64,000 nt of DNA from Hypanus sabinus (Eukaryota): contig NC_082710.1 of NCBI RefSeq assembly GCF_030144855.1, positions 170,872,001 through 170,936,000 on the forward strand, in the 5' to 3' direction. A program made the translations under genes and the position numbers. The notes beneath the pieces are model-generated. The model was not told where the DNA came from and ran no database searches. It saw only the letters and a program-made list of their open reading frames with translations. Shown here one piece after another: positions 1 through 13,913 of this stretch. How positions within the stretch are numbered: position 1 is the stretch's first letter; every line of letters starts with the position of its first letter.

Positions 1-560
1 AGCTGGAAAGGTGATTGGTGAAAGTGATGACAAGCTGGAGAAGGGAAAGGATCATGGGACGGAAGGCCTCGGGAGAAAGGGGTGGGGGGGGAAGCACCAG
101 AGGGAGATGGAGAACAGGCAGAGTGATGGGCAGAGAGAGAGAAAAAAAAAACAACTAAATATGTCAGGGATGGGGTAAGAAGGGGAGGAGGAGCATTAAC
201 GGAATTTAGAGAAGTCAATGTTCATGCCATCAGGTTGGAGGCTACCCAGCCGGTATATAAGGTGTTATTCCTCCAACCTGAGTTTGGATTCATTTTGACA
301 GTAGAGGAGGCCATGGTTAGACATATCAGAATGGGAATGGGATGTGGAATTGAAATGTGTGGCCACTGGGAGATCCTGCTTTCTCTGGCGGGCCAAGCGT
401 AGGTGTTCAGCGAAACGGTCTCCCAGTCTGCGTCGGGTCTCACCAACATATAAAAGGCCACACCGGGAGCACCGGACGCAGTATACCACACCAGCCGACT
501 CACAGGTGAAGTGTCGCCTCACCTGGAAGGAATGTCTGGGGCCCTGAATGGCGGTAAGGG
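1..560 (-). mobile_element. Penelope-like element 3' fragment (GIY-YIG endonuclease)
   Basis: ORF 265-651 contains VVYCVRCSRCGLLYVGETRRRLGDRFAEH. Confidence 0.8.
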
Positions 561-960
561 GGGAAGTGTAAGGGCAGATGTTCCTCTTAAAAGACCCGAT
601 TTTATTCTCTTCTACCACCACCGCTGGAAGTGTATTCCACGCACCCACCACTCTATTTGTGAAAAACTTACCCCTGACCTCCCCTCAGTACCTACTTCCA
701 AGCAACTTAAAACTATGTCCCCTTCCATTAGCAATTTCAGCCCTGGGAAAAAGCCTCTGACTATCCACGTGATCAATGCCTCTCATCATCTTATACACAT
801 CCATCAGGTCACCTCTCATCCTCTGTCGCTCCAAGGAGAAAAGGCCGAGTTCACTCAAACTATTCTCATAAGGTATGCCCTCTAATCTAGGCAACATCTT
901 TGTAAATCTCATCTGCACTCTCTCTATAGTATCCACATCATTCCTGTAGTTAGGTGACCA
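560..960 (-). mobile_element. CR1 LINE 3' fragment
   Basis: ERVQMRFTKMLP...LFSLERQRMRGDL, typical CR1 ORF2 C-terminus. Confidence 0.8.
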
Positions 961-1858
961 GAACTGACCATAGTAATAGAAATTTGTTGATAATAATTAT
1001 TTCATGACTTTTTCAACCTGGTTAAAATCTCCCCAAAATGATGGGGAAGGCATCAGGATGAGTGATTTCATGTCTATTGATTGCATCGCTCAGTTCTGCC
1101 AGAGCCTCTTTGACACTGGCCCGAAGTGGAATGTACACCGCTACCAGAATGATCGCTGAAATCTCCTACAACGGGTCAAATGGACGACACTTCACTGCGA
1201 GGTATTCCAGGTCTGGTGAACAGGAGAGGGAGAGCACTGCTGTGTGTTACAGCAGGAGGAACGGGTCATGAAACATAACCTCCACCTCAGCGTCTGAGGG
1301 TCTCCACAGACCTCTCTTGTATAGTGAACCCGGCTATTCGAATTGTTGCATCCAGAACGGAAGGGGTTAACCAAGATTCCGTGAAACAAAGGACGCAAGC
1401 GGTCCTAATGTCTTATACAGCATTCCAGCTCTAAGATCTTCAATTTTATAATTTTATAATGCCTTATACAGCATTCCAGCTCTGAGATCTTCAATTTTAT
1501 TTACCAGAGACTGTACGTTTCTTGCCTGACCTGATGAGTTTTTAAAGCACTTCTGTTTTGATTTCAGATTTCCAACATCTACAATTTTTGCTCTCTTAAT
1601 TGTTTTATCTATTTATCTTTTGATCAAAGTGTGTGAAATGCGCGATTGGTGTTTTGGTTGTTGTCCGGCGTACTAACAATGACAGGAGTCCTGTGTGGGG
1701 TTTTTAACGTGGAAAAGCCATTGCGCTGGGACAGTTCCACACTCTTGAACTCGGACGTCCGGGTGCAGTGATACGAGTAGTCGACACAAACTGGGGTCTT
1801 CCCTGGTTACAGTGGATGGCTTCTCCTGTGCCTTGTCATGTCCTTCGCTCTCCACGAA

Positions 1859-4800
1859 AATCTCCATGACCATGATTCCTTCTCTGTCATCAACGGAGTG
1901 ATCTGAGGCAGAGCGGTAGGTCTTTGGCTCATCCGGACTTCGGCGGTAAGGGGTCGAGGCGAGGTAAGTTACCTGTGAGGAATAGAAACAGCAAGTATGT
2001 CTGTGAAGCTGGTGTTCTGTACTGGGTGTCAGATGTGGGATGTCCGGGAGGCTGGGAGCTAATTCTGCATCAGATGCGTCGAGCTGCAGCTCCTTAGGGA
2101 ACTGGAGACGCAGCTTGATGACCCTCGTCTGGCCAGGGAAAGTGAGGAGGTGACAGAGAGGAGCTATAGGCAAGTAATCACACCGGGGCCTGGGGAGACA
2201 GATAAGTGGGTAACAGTCAGGAGAGGGAAGGGCAGAAGTCAGATACTAGAGAGTACCTCTGTGACTGTCCCCTGTAACAATAAGTAGTACTGTTTGAGTA
2301 CTGTTGGGGGGATGGGCTACCTGGGGGAAGCAACAGCGGCTGTGCCTCTGGCACAGAGTCTGACCCAGTGACTCAGAAGGGTAGGGAAAAGAAGAGGATG
2401 GCAGCAGTGATAGTGGATTCTATAGTCAGGGGGTCAAACAGGTGATTCCGTCTGTGGACGTAGGAAAGAAACGCGGATGGTAGTTTGCCTCCCCGGTGCC
2501 AGGGACTGGGATGTTTCTGATAGCGTCCACGATATCCTGAAGTGCGAAGGTGAACAGGCAGAGGTCGTGGTACATATTGGTACCGACGAAATGGCTAGGA
2601 AAATGGAAGAGGTCCTGAAACAAAATACAGGGAGTTAGGAAGGAAGTTGAGAAGCAGGACAGCAAAGGTAGCAATCTCGGAATTACTGCCTGTACCACAC
2701 AACAGTGAGTATAGGAATAGTCGGAGGTGGAGGATAAATGTGTGGCTGAAGAATTTGATCAGGGGAGAAGGATTCAGATTTCTGGATCATTGGGACCACT
2801 TTTGGGGCAGGCGTGACCTATACAAAAAGGACGGGTTGCACTTGAATCCCAGGGGGACCAACATCCTGGCAGGGTTATTTGCTAAGACTGTTGAGGAGAG
2901 TTTAAGCTAGAATTGCTAGGGGATGGGAACCGAACTGAAGAGACAGATGAAGGGGCGGTTGGCCTACATTTAGAAAAAAAGCTTAGAGAAAGTGCAAGAC
3001 AGTGATAGAGAAGGGATACACTCAGACCGATTGTTTGAGATGTGTTGATTTTAATGCGAGAAGCATCATGAACAAAGTGGATGAGTTTAGAGAATTTAGA
3101 GCTGTGATGTTGTGGCCTTTACAGAGACTTAGATGGCTCAGGGGCAGGAACAGTTACTTAGAGTGCAAGGCTTTAAATGTTTCAGAAAGGACAGGGAGGA
3201 AGGCAAAAGCGGTGGGGGCATGCTACTGTTGATCAGAGATAGTGTCACGGCTGCAGAAAAGATAGAAGCCATGGAGGGATTGTTTATGAAGTCTCTGTGG
3301 GTGCAAGTTAGCAACAGGAAGGGAACAATAACTCTACGAGGTGTTTTTATAGACCACCCAATAGCAAAGGGACATCGAGGAGCAGATTGGGAGACAGATT
3401 CAGGAAAGGTATAATAATAGCAGGGTTGTCATCATGGGAGATTTTAATTTCCCAAATATTGATTGGTATCTCCCTAGAGCAAGGGGTTTAGATGGGATGG
3501 AGTTTGTTAGGTGTGTTCAGGAAGGTTTCCTGACACAATATGCAGATAAGCCTACAAGAGGAGAGGCTGTACTTGATCTTGCATTGGGGCAAATAACGTG
3601 GTCAGGTATCAGATCTCTCAATGGGAGAGCATTTTGGAGGCAGGGATCACAATTCTATCTCCTTTACTGTAGCATTCGAGAGGAATAGGAGCAGACAAGT
3701 TAGGAAAGTGTTTAATTGGAGTAAGGAGAAATATGAAGCTATCAGGCAGGAATTTGGAAGTATAAATTGGGAACAAAAGTTGTCCGGGAAATGTATAGCA
3801 GTAATGTGGGAAATGTTCAGGGGATATTTGCGTGGCGTTCTGCATAGGTACGTTCCAATGAGACAGGGAAAGGATGGTAGGATACAGGAACCGTGGTGTA
3901 CAAAGGCTCTTCAATATCTAGTCAAGAAGAAAGGAAGAGCTTACGAGAGGTTCAAAAAACTAGGTCATGATAGAGATCCAGAAGATTATAAGGCTAGCAG
4001 AAAGGAGTTTAAGAATGAAATTAGGAGAGCTAGAAAGGACCATGAGAAGGCCTTGGCGAGCAGGATTAAAGTAGACCCTAAGGCATTCTACAAGTATGTG
4101 AACAGCAAGAAGATAATGAGAGAAAAGGACCAATCAAGTGTGACTGTGGAAAAGTGTGTATGGAACCAGAGGAGATAGCTGAAGTATTTAATGAATACTT
4201 TGCTTCAGTATTCACAATGGAAAAGGATCTTAGCGATTGTAGGGATGACTTGCAGTGGACTGAAAAGCCTGAGCATATAGACATTAAGAAAGAAGATGTG
4301 CTGGAGCTTTTCGAAAGCATCAAATTGGATAAGTCACCGGGACCAGAAGAGATGTACCCCAGGCTACGGTGGGAGGCAAGGGAGGAGATTGCTGAGCCTC
4401 TGGCGACAATCTTTGCATCATCAATGGGAACGGGAGAGGTTCCGGAGGACTGGAGGGTTGCGGATGTTGTTCCTTCATTCAAGAAAGAGAGTAGAGATAG
4501 CCCAGGAAATTATAGACCAGTGAGTTTTAATTTAATGGTTGGTTAGTTGATGGAAAAGATCCTGAGAGGCAGGATTTATGAACATTTGGAGAGGCATAAT
4601 ATGATTATGAATAGTCAGCATGTCAGCAAGACAAGTCATGCCCTACGAACCTGATTGAAGTTTTTGAGGATGTGACTGTACACATTGATGAAGGAAGAGC
4701 AGTAGATGTAGTGTATATGGATTTCAGCAAGGCATTTGATAAGGTACCCCATGCAAGGCTTATTGAGGAAGTAAGGAGGCATGGGATCCAAGGGGACATT

Positions 4801-5880
4801 ATGGATCCAGAATTGACTTGCCCACAGAAGGCGAAGAATGGTTATAGATGGCTCATATTCTGCATGAAGGTCAGTGACCAGTGGTGTGCCTCGGGGATCT
4901 TTTCTGGGACCCCTTTTCTTCGTGATTTTTATAAATGACCTGAATGAGGAAGTGGAGGGATAGTTAGTAAACTTGCTGATGGCACTAAGTTTGAGGGTGT
5001 TGTGGATAGTGTGGAGAGCTGTCAGTGATTACAGTGGGACATTGATAGGATATAAAACTGGGCTGAGAAGTGGCAGATCAAGTTCAACCCAGATAAGTGT
5101 GAGGTGGCTCATTTTGTTAGATCAAATATGATGACAGAATATTGTATTAATGGTAAGACTCATGGCAGTGTGGAGAATCAGAGGGATCTTGGGGTCCGAG
5201 TCCGTAGGACACTCAAAGCGGCTGCACAGGTTGACTCTGTGGTTAGGAAGGTATACAGTGCCTTGTCCTTCATCAACTGTGGGATTGAGTTTAAGAGCCG
5301 AGAGGTAATGTTACAGCCATATAGGACGCTGGTCATACCCCACTTAGAGCATTGTGTTCAGTTCTGGTCATCTCACTACAGAAAGGATGTGGAAACTATA
5401 GAAAGGATACAGAGCTGATTTAAAAGGATGTTGCCTGGATTGGGGAGCATGCTTTACGAAAATAGGTTAAGTGAACTTGACCTTTTCACCTTGGAGCAGT
5501 GGAAGATGAGTGGTGACCTGACAGAGGTGTACAAGATGATGAGAGGCATTAATCGTGTGGAAGTCAGAGGCTTTTTCCCCAGGGCTGAAATGGCTATTAC
5601 GAGAGGGCACAGTTTTAAGGTGCTTGGAACCAGGTACAGAGGGAATGTCTGGGGTAAGTTTTTACGTAGAGAGTAGAGAGTGCGTGGAATGGGCTACCGC
5701 AACGATGGTGGAGTCGGATACAGTAGGGTCTTTTTGGAGACTCTTGGATATGTACATGGAGCTTAGAAAAATAGAGGGCTATGGGTAACCCCAGGTAATT
5801 TCTAAAGTAAGTTCATGTTCGGCACAGCATTGTGGGCCGAAGGGCCTGTATTGTGCTGTAGGTTTTCTATGTTTCTATGT
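1859..5880 (+). mobile_element. Near full-length decayed CR1 LINE (ORF1 zinc finger/esterase remnant, ORF2 EN+RT)
   Basis: GDFNFPNIDW, NYRPVS and YMDFSKAFDKVPH motifs; (tttctatg)n tail; 21-bp direct repeats at 1838-1858 and 5886-5906. Confidence 0.9.
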
Positions 5881-6399
5881 TTGTTATGTCCTTCGCTCTC
5901 CACGAACAGTCGCAGAACACCTTCCTGACTGTTGGGTCTCGCTATTGATCTCATCTGCCCAATCCGGCGGAGTTTCCTTCGCATACTGGGACAGGCACGT
6001 GCCTATCTCAGTCAGGTTTGAGGTCCGCCGGCACCCTTCACCCGGTTTAGCCCGCCTGTCCATACGGTGTACCGGAGTGTTGCCGCTGTCCAATGCAATC
6101 AACTGCTTGGAGCCACGGTTGAGAGCTGATCGACACGGCAACCCCCTTCATCAGAGGTGCTACCCCTCCCCTGACATCCCGTTCACCAATTATTACAACT
6201 GGTTTGTTATGGGGATTGGAGCCAAATACAAATGACACATTCACTAAAGATAGGGCAGTTCCGTTATCTAACATCAACCACTTCACAAACAAGAGAAAAT
6301 CTGCAGATGCTGGAAATCCAAACTGCACACACAGCAGGCCAGACAGCATCGATTTAAAAAAAAAACAGTCGAAGTTTCGGGCCGAGACATTAACCACTT

Positions 6400-7420
6400 C
6401 AATTTGATCTGCGGAACCTTTGCCGCAACTGTTAGCGCTGTTTTCTCGCAGCCCCTGCGACCACGGGATTGACTCCGACCTTTGGTACAGTTTGTTCGGG
6501 TGGAGTTTGCACATTCCGCCTGTGTCGCTGCGAGTCTCCAGACATGAGAAGAACGTGTAACCCAATCAGCACCGGAGTAGTGTCGGCCTGGTTCCGCGCT
6601 GCGCGGTGAGGGGTTTGAACGTGTAACTCCGTGCTCGGAGTCAGTCAGTCCAGAAGGGCGATCTGACCAAGAAGAGACCGTGGCTCATCGCTCATCGACC
6701 CTGGTGGCAATGAAACGCTTACTGTCACCGTCCCCCCCGCGGAGCCTAGTCACGGTTCCCCCGCTTCTAATCTCTTTGTGACTCTCCTGGTGGTGTATCC
6801 AGCTCGTTCCAATCATTCGGAAATCAATTGGAAAAATCCAGTGGACAGTACTTAATCCCTCCGAATTTTCCAACAGGTGGCACGAGGAGGCTCGGCTGTC
6901 GGAAGGGAGAAGGAGGGAACTCTGAAGTACCTCCTCTACTTTAGTGGAGAAGCGATGGAGGTGGGCGCCATTCTGTGGCTCCTGACCGTCTCCTCCGGTG
7001 AGTAACTTTCTGTTCCTTTACGGCTACAGCTTGGGGGAGAAGGCAATGGGCAGCGCGGGAAAAGCGGGAAGGTTCGTCCGTTTCATTTGCGTTAACATCC
7101 AACACACCTATGGATACACTGTGGGCAGCCCGCGAGTGTCGCCACACATTCCGGCGCCAACGTTAATGTCCACAATGTCGACAGAACAACACCGAACACA
7201 ACAAAACAAGCCCCTTCCCTCTCCCACGCGCACACACGGACAGTCCTCCAACTCCAAGAACAAAGTCCGGGCTTCTAGTCTCCAGGCTTCCGACACCGAC
7301 CCCCTGACCAGCGAACGGGGGAAAGGGGGACCCTGAATTCCTGGTCGAACACTGAGCACGCCGACTTCGCGCTTCTCCCTCCGTCCGTTCCAATCCTGAT
7401 GAAGGGTCTCAGCCCGTATC
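6400..7420. promoter_or_regulatory. CpG-rich promoter/first-exon region of the Ig-V receptor gene
   Basis: Visibly high CpG density against a CpG-poor background; CCAAT-like site near 6560, TGGAAA at 6829, TTTCCA at 6867 and CAGGTG at 6874, all upstream of the ATG. Individual motifs are short and weak evidence. Confidence 0.5.
6955..6997 (+). CDS. Leader (signal peptide) exon of Ig-V receptor gene: MEVGAILWLLTVSS(G)
   Basis: ATG at 6955 in gcgATGG context, hydrophobic run, phase-1 donor G|GTGAGT at 6998; phase matches the V-exon acceptors; lies in CpG-rich DNA. Confidence 0.8.
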
Positions 7421-7919
7421 AATGACCGTTTATTCCCCTCCTGAGCTCGTCCTGTTACTCTGGTTTTCCCGCATGTGCAGAATCTCAGGCTTGGGAGTTG
7501 GAAAGTTTTGTTACAGATGTACCAGTGACCGAGAGGCCGCACTTGGAATATTGTGCACAATTTCAGCTTCAGTGATTATAGACTCCTCGCAAGGAAACAG
7601 GCGCTTCGGCCCGACTCGTCCGTATTGATCGTCCCACAGCCCACAGCCGCCTAAACCTCTCCTGCTCATGTACCTATCTAGAAGGCTTCAAAATGTTTGT
7701 AATTTACTCGCCACAACCGCCATTTCTGACAGCTCATTTCAACCACGCAACGCAATTTGTGTGAAGAAATTGTCTAATATCCCTTTCAAAACTCTCCCCT
7801 CTAATCTTGAACCTATGCCCTCTTGCTGTTAACAACCTCCCTCCTCCGTGGAAAAAATGGTGTTTTCAGAATATCTATACCCTTTATTGTGTTACATCAG
7901 GTCATCCCCTCGATCTCAT

Positions 7920-10900
7920 ACTTTCCAGAGAATAGGTCTTGGTCTATGCGAAAAACTCCTTGTAACGCCGACCCCCAAATTCAGACGACATCCAGGTCAA
8001 TCATATCTGCCCGCTTTCTGATTAGTAACATCTATAACAGAGCGGCCAATTCTGTGCAGAATATTCCAAGTGCAGCTTCACCAACGACTTCTACGACAGA
8101 AACATAACTTCGAGACTCCTATCCTCAAAGCTCTGACTGAAGATCAGCGTACTAAACATTGTCTTCACCGCCTGTATGCCGCTTTCAATGAGCTATGCGC
8201 GCGTAGTCCTTTTCCAGGTCCGATCCGCACATTCTCTGTAACTGTCACACTTTATTCCGCATTCTGCTATTGTCCCTCCTTTACACTAACTCATTGAATC
8301 GATGTGATGAAATGATCCGTATGGATGACAGACAAAATGTAGCTTTTCACTGTATCTCAGTACATGTGACCATAATAAACCAGTTTACCCATTTTAAAGT
8401 TTGCTCCCTGCTTTCAGGCATTGGTGCTGAGAAGTTTGTGGTCATTCAGGACAAGTCCAGCATTATTGCCACAGAAGGGGAGACGGTGGATATTCCATGC
8501 AGACACAATGTCACTAATAGGGTATGGTCGTACCACTGGGTCAAGGGTGCCCGAAATGGAATAAGGGTGACCAGTGAAACAGCAGAGTACAGGGACCGCT
8601 TCCTGAGATCACCAGGGGGTAATCTCTCCACTGACAGCACAGACGTTTCTATGCGACTGATGTACGTGCAGCCAAGTGATTCTGGAATGTACTTCTGCAA
8701 GCTGGAGACAATAGAATGGGAAATTTATGGGGCAGGGACGAACCTCACAGTGAGAGGTAAGCCAATCATCAGGTATCTCCTTGTCTAAGCAAATCAGACC
8801 CACCACCCGAACAGCATTTGGTCAAGGCTGGAAAATGCTGGAGTCACTTAGCAGGTCAGTCAGCTACTGTGGGGAGAGAAGCAGTTAAATGTTCAGATCT
8901 GCAAACAATCCTCAGAGCAGAGAAGGAGGGTAAACAGAAAGAAACAAGAATCTTGTATCTTCAACTTCAAACATTAACTCTGTTTCACTTCCCACAGATG
9001 CTGCCTGACCTGGTGAGCGTTTCCAGCGTATCCAGTTTTTTTTTACCTCAGATTTCCAGCATCTGCAGGCTTTTAATTTTCATTGTTAGAATTTCACCAA
9101 GTGGATAATGACAAAATCGTTCCAGCACAGAAAAAGTGTGTGGGGGGGTGAGAGGTCACAAAGCAAACCTCCCCTAGAAGGACTGTCTGCTGACTTCTTG
9201 CCTCAGTACAGCTGCCAACATAATCAAAGACCCCACCCTTCCAGGACATTCTCTCCTCTCCCCTCTCCCATCAGGCAGAAGATATTAAAGCCTGAAAGCA
9301 CGAACCACCAGGCACAAGGACAGCTTCTATCCTACTGTTATGAGATTATCAAATGGTTCCCTGGTATGATCAGATGGGCTCTTGACTTCATAATTTACCT
9401 TGTTATGACACTGTCTACCTACACTGTCACTTTACTCTGCTATTGATTCACTGAGTACTACCTCACTGTGCAATGTAATGATTTGATCTGAATGAACAGT
9501 ATGCAAGACAGGTTTTTCACAGTACCTCAGATTATGGGACAATAATAAACCAATACCAATTCCAAAGTGTCTGCAGATGCTGGAACCTGGAGTGAAAGAA
9601 ACACAATGCTGGAGGAATTCGTAAGTCAGGCAGAACCTAGGGGTGGAGATTGAGACCTGACCTTTCAAAAGGGGACACTTGGCCCATTCTGTCTGTACTG
9701 AGTCCATGCAACAGCAAATCCACTCTCCGGCTTTTCTCCAGCGCCTGGCAAACACTTCCCAGTCAAATACCTCCCTGTTCGCTCTTGAATAGTAGTATTA
9801 TTCACATGCATACACACAGTGGCCAGATATGTCAATAGGGTGGAAAAGAAGACTTTCTGCATATTTGCCATAATTATTCAATGAAATAAGTTCAAGGGTT
9901 GGGAAGTTACATTGCAGCTTTATATAATTATTCAGTTTACATCTGGTGTAGTGAATTCAGTTATGTTCACCCCGTTATAGGAAGGATGGTGAGGTTTTGG
10001 AAAAGGTGCAGAAGAGGTTTATCAACAGTCTCTCTGGATTAGAGGGCCAGTGCTATAAGAAAGGTTTGGACAAATTGTGGGTTGTTTTCTCTGGAGCAGC
10101 AGAGGCTGAGCAGAGACCTGGTAGAGATTTATAATTTATAAGAGACAGAGCAGACAGTTGATATCATTATCACAGGGAGATGTGCCTAATACCAGAGGGA
10201 ATGCATTTAAAGTGAGAGGGGGTATGTTTGAAGGAGGTGTGTGGGCAATTTTTACACAGAGAATGGCGGCTGACTGAAATGCACTGGTGGGGGTGAGATA
10301 GAGGCAACTACAATAGGGCATTAAACAGGCTCTTAAGCAGGCACATGGGTGTGCCGGAAATGAGGGATATGGACACCATGTTGGGAAGGGTTAGTCTAAT
10401 TGGACATCTGATCACCAATTGGTTTGGCACAACATTGTTTACAGAAGGGCCCGTTCCTGTACAGTACTGTCTAATGTATTTAAAATAGTAACTACTGAAC
10501 TGTCCGGTCCATAGCCCAATCACGCTCTTTGTTGAAACATTTCTGCTCACGATTTATCACCCCATTCTTTCAAAGTTTCTATCCCCAATGCCAACTCCAA
10601 ATGATGGCAGGATCAGAAGAAGAAACACAAGCAGTATCAGAATCAGGTTTAATATCACAGGCAAATGTCGTGAAATGTATTTACTTAAGTGGTAACAATA
10701 AAAAGCAATACATGATCATATAGAAAAAAAATAAATAAATAGATCAATTGATGTATGTATGTATATTAAATGGTTAAGTTAGAAATCATGCAAATACAGA
10801 AATAATCTTTAAAAAGTGAGTTAAGGTTCATAGGTATTATGTCCTTTTAGAAATCAGATGGCAGAATGAAAGAAGCATTTCCTGAATTGCTGAGTGTGTG

Positions 10901-11230
10901 CCTTCAGGCTTCTGTACCTCTTTCACGACGGTAGTAATGAGAAGAGGGCATATTCTGGGTAGTGGGGTCCTTAATGATGGACGTCACCTTTCTGAGACAC
11001 CACTTCTTGAAGGTGTCTTGGATATTGTGGAGGCTAATGCCCCAGATGGAGCTGGCTAATTTTACATCTTTCTGTAACGTCTTTTAATCCTGTGCAGTAG
11101 CCACCCATTCCACACCCACCCCCACCCATAGCAGACAGTGGTGCCGCCTTTCAGAATGCTTTCCATGGTACATCTGTAGAAATTTTCAAGTGTTTTGGTG
11201 ACAAACAAATTTTCTCAAACTACTAATGAG
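7920..11230 (+). repeat. Tandem duplication unit, copy 1 (contains V1)
   Basis: Colinear homology: 7935-8200 with 11260-11510; 8230-8850 with 13720-14347; 8855-10547 with 21917-23371; 10548-11229 with 27467-28130. Confidence 0.85.
8418..8756 (+). CDS. Ig V-set exon V1, NCR3/NKp30-like germline-joined VJ domain
   Basis: Acceptor ctttcag|G, donor G|GTAAG, 339 nt, phase 1-1. Has B-strand Cys (IPCRH), C-strand Trp (YHWVK), DSGMYFC, and J-like YGAGTNLTV. Confidence 0.9.
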
Positions 11231-11599
11231 CTTAGTCTTCTACATTCACGAGAGTAAAATTCTGGTCTATGCAACCACTCCTTGTAACTCAAGCCATGAA
11301 ATTCAGATGACATCTAAGTATTTTTTTTGCACACTTTCTAATTATAAACATCTATAACAGGGTGGCCAATTCTCGACAAAATATTCCATATGCAGCCTCA
11401 CCAATGACTTGTACGACTGAAACATAACTTCCCGACTCCTATCCTCAAAGCCCTGAATGATGGTCAGCATGCTAAAAATCTTCTTCACTATGCTGATTTC
11501 AATGAGCTACACCCTCATACTCCCAGCCATCATACCCCACGTTTCGAGAGTTTTGATTGTGCTGTAATAAGACATAATGGTCCCTTAGTATCATCAGAT

Positions 11600-13680
11600 G
11601 GATTCTGGACTTAAGACAATAAGATATAGGAGCAAAAGTAGGCCATTCAGCCCATCGAGTCTGCTCCACCATTCAATCATGCACTGATCCAATTCTTCCA
11701 GTCATCCCAACTCCTCTGCCTTCATCCCATACCTTTTGATGCACTGGCTAATCTATCACTGCCTTAAATACATCCAATGACTTGGCCTCCACAGCCGCTC
11801 GTGACAACAAATTCCACAGATTTACCACCCTCTGACTAAAGTAATTTCTCCACACCTCAGTTCTAAAAGGACATCCTTCAAACCTGTAGTCGTGCCCTCT
11901 GGTAACAGTAACTCCACTGGTAACCGGCAGCCAGCCAGAATAGGATCCCTTTATTCCCACTCTCTGTTTTCTGTTGACCAGCCAATGCTCCATCCAGGCT
12001 AGTAACTTCCCTGTAATTCCATGAGTTCTTATCTTGCTAAGCAGCCTCATGTGTGGCACCTTGTCAAAGGCCTATGAAAATTCAAGTACACCACATCTGC
12101 TGCATCTCCTTTGTCTACCCTGCTTGTAATTTCCCCAAAGAACTGCAGTAGGTTTGTCAGGCAGGATTTTCCTTTCAGTTTTCCATGCTGGCTTTGGCCT
12201 GTCTTGCAATGTGTCTTCAGGTACTCCATAATCTCATCCCTAACAACTGATTTCAACAACTTCCCAAACACTGATGTCAGCCTTACAAGTCTACAGCTTC
12301 CTTTTTGCTGCCTCCCACCCTTCTTAAATAGTGGAATCACATTTGCAGTTTTCCAGTCATCCAGTACAATGCCAGAATCTATCAATTCTAATAGATTATT
12401 AATGCCTCTGCAATCTCTCCATCTACTTCCTTCAGAACCCAAGGAAGCACTCCATCAGGTCCAGGAGATTTATTCACCCTCAGACCATTAAGCTTCCTGA
12501 GCATCTTCTCAGTCATAATTTTCACTGCACAAACTTCACTTCCCTGACACTCTTGAATGTCCGGTATACTGCAGATGTCTTCAGTTCCTTTGCCATCTCT
12601 ATATCTCTCATTACAATATCTCCAGAGTCATTTTGTATTGGTCCTATATCTACCGTTGACTCTCATTTACCCTTTATATTCTTAAAAAAGCTTTCAGTAT
12701 TTTCTTTGATATTAGTCAACAGCTTCCTCTCATAATTCATCTTTTCCTTCCGAATGACTTTCTGAGTTTCCTTCTGCAAGTTTTTAAAAGCTCCCCACTC
12801 CTCTATCTTCCCACTAGCTCTGGCTTCCTTGTGCACCCTCTCTTTTGCTTTTACTTTGGCTGTGACTTCACTTGTCGGCCACGGTAGTGTCCTTCTTCCC
12901 CTTGAAAATCTCTTCTTATTTCACAGAAACTCCAGCCATTGCTGCTCTGCTGTCTTTCCCGCAAATGTCCCTTTCCAGTCAAGTTTGGCCTGTTCCCCTC
13001 TCATGCCATTGTAATTTCCTTTATTCCACTGAAATACCGGTAAATTGGATTTTACTTTTTCCCTCTCAGATTTCAATGTGAACTCGATTACATTGTGATC
13101 CCTGTTCCCTAAGGGCTCCTTAAACTTAAGCTCTCTTATCACCTCCGGATCATTGCACAACACCCAATCCAGCACAGCTGATCCCCTAGTGGGCTCAACA
13201 ACAAGCTGTTCTAAAAAGCCATCCCTTAGGCATTCTACAAATTCTCTCTCTTGAAGTCCAGTACTGGCCTGGTTTTCCCAATCCACCTTCACGTTATAAT
13301 TCCCAACAATTATCAAGACATGTCTTTTGTAACTCCTGCTGTAATTTGTAATCCACATCCTGATTGCTGTTTAGAGGCCTGCATACAACTGTGATTAGGG
13401 TCCTTTTACCCTTGTCATTTCTCAACTCAACCCATAGAGACTCTACACCTTGCAATCCTATTTCATCTCTTTCCAATGATTTAATATTATTTCTTAGACA
13501 CAAAGCCACACCAACCCCTCTGCCTACTAAACTATCTTTCCAATATACCGTATATCCTTGGACATTAAGCTTCCAATGACAGCCATCCTTTAGCCAAGTT
13601 TCAGAGATGGCTGCAATGTCATATTGCTAATCTTGAGATGAATTTCAAGATCCTCCATTTTATTCCTTATGCTGTGTGCA
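11600..13680 (-). mobile_element. CR1 LINE, decayed and internally deleted
   Basis: EN and RT fragments in ORFs 12921-13358, 12047-12442 and 11748-12059. Confidence 0.85.
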
Positions 13681-13913
13681 TTCAAATACAACACAATCTA
13701 CCTTGCGTGTTATTCTCTGCCTGCACCACACTTTCTCTGCTGTAGCACTTTATTCCACATTCTGCTATTGTTCCTCCTTTGCACTCTCATTGAATCGATG
13801 TGATGAAATGATCCGTATGGATGACAGACAAAACGTAGTTTTTCACTGTATCACAGTACATGTAACAATAATAAACCAATTTAGCCATTTTAAAGTTTGC
13901 TCCCTGCTTTCAG

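Noticed and set aside
1405-1500. Short ~50-bp tandem duplication (cttatacagcattccagctct...)
   Set aside because: Two copies only, no coding or regulatory context; ordinary slippage
6047-6565. 172-aa minus-strand ORF as a divergent gene
   Set aside because: No recognisable domain; overlaps SINE-like and other repeat remnants
8270-8417. Met-initiated N-terminal extensions of ORFs 8270-8788 and 13676-14356
   Set aside because: Intronic repeat-derived sequence upstream of a clear splice acceptor; not signal-peptide-like
8746-8752. CACAGTG RSS heptamer at the end of V1 (also 14245-14251 in V2)
   Set aside because: It lies inside the codons for L-T-V, after the J-like motif, with no nonamer at 12 or 23 bp spacing; no evidence of V(D)J rearrangement
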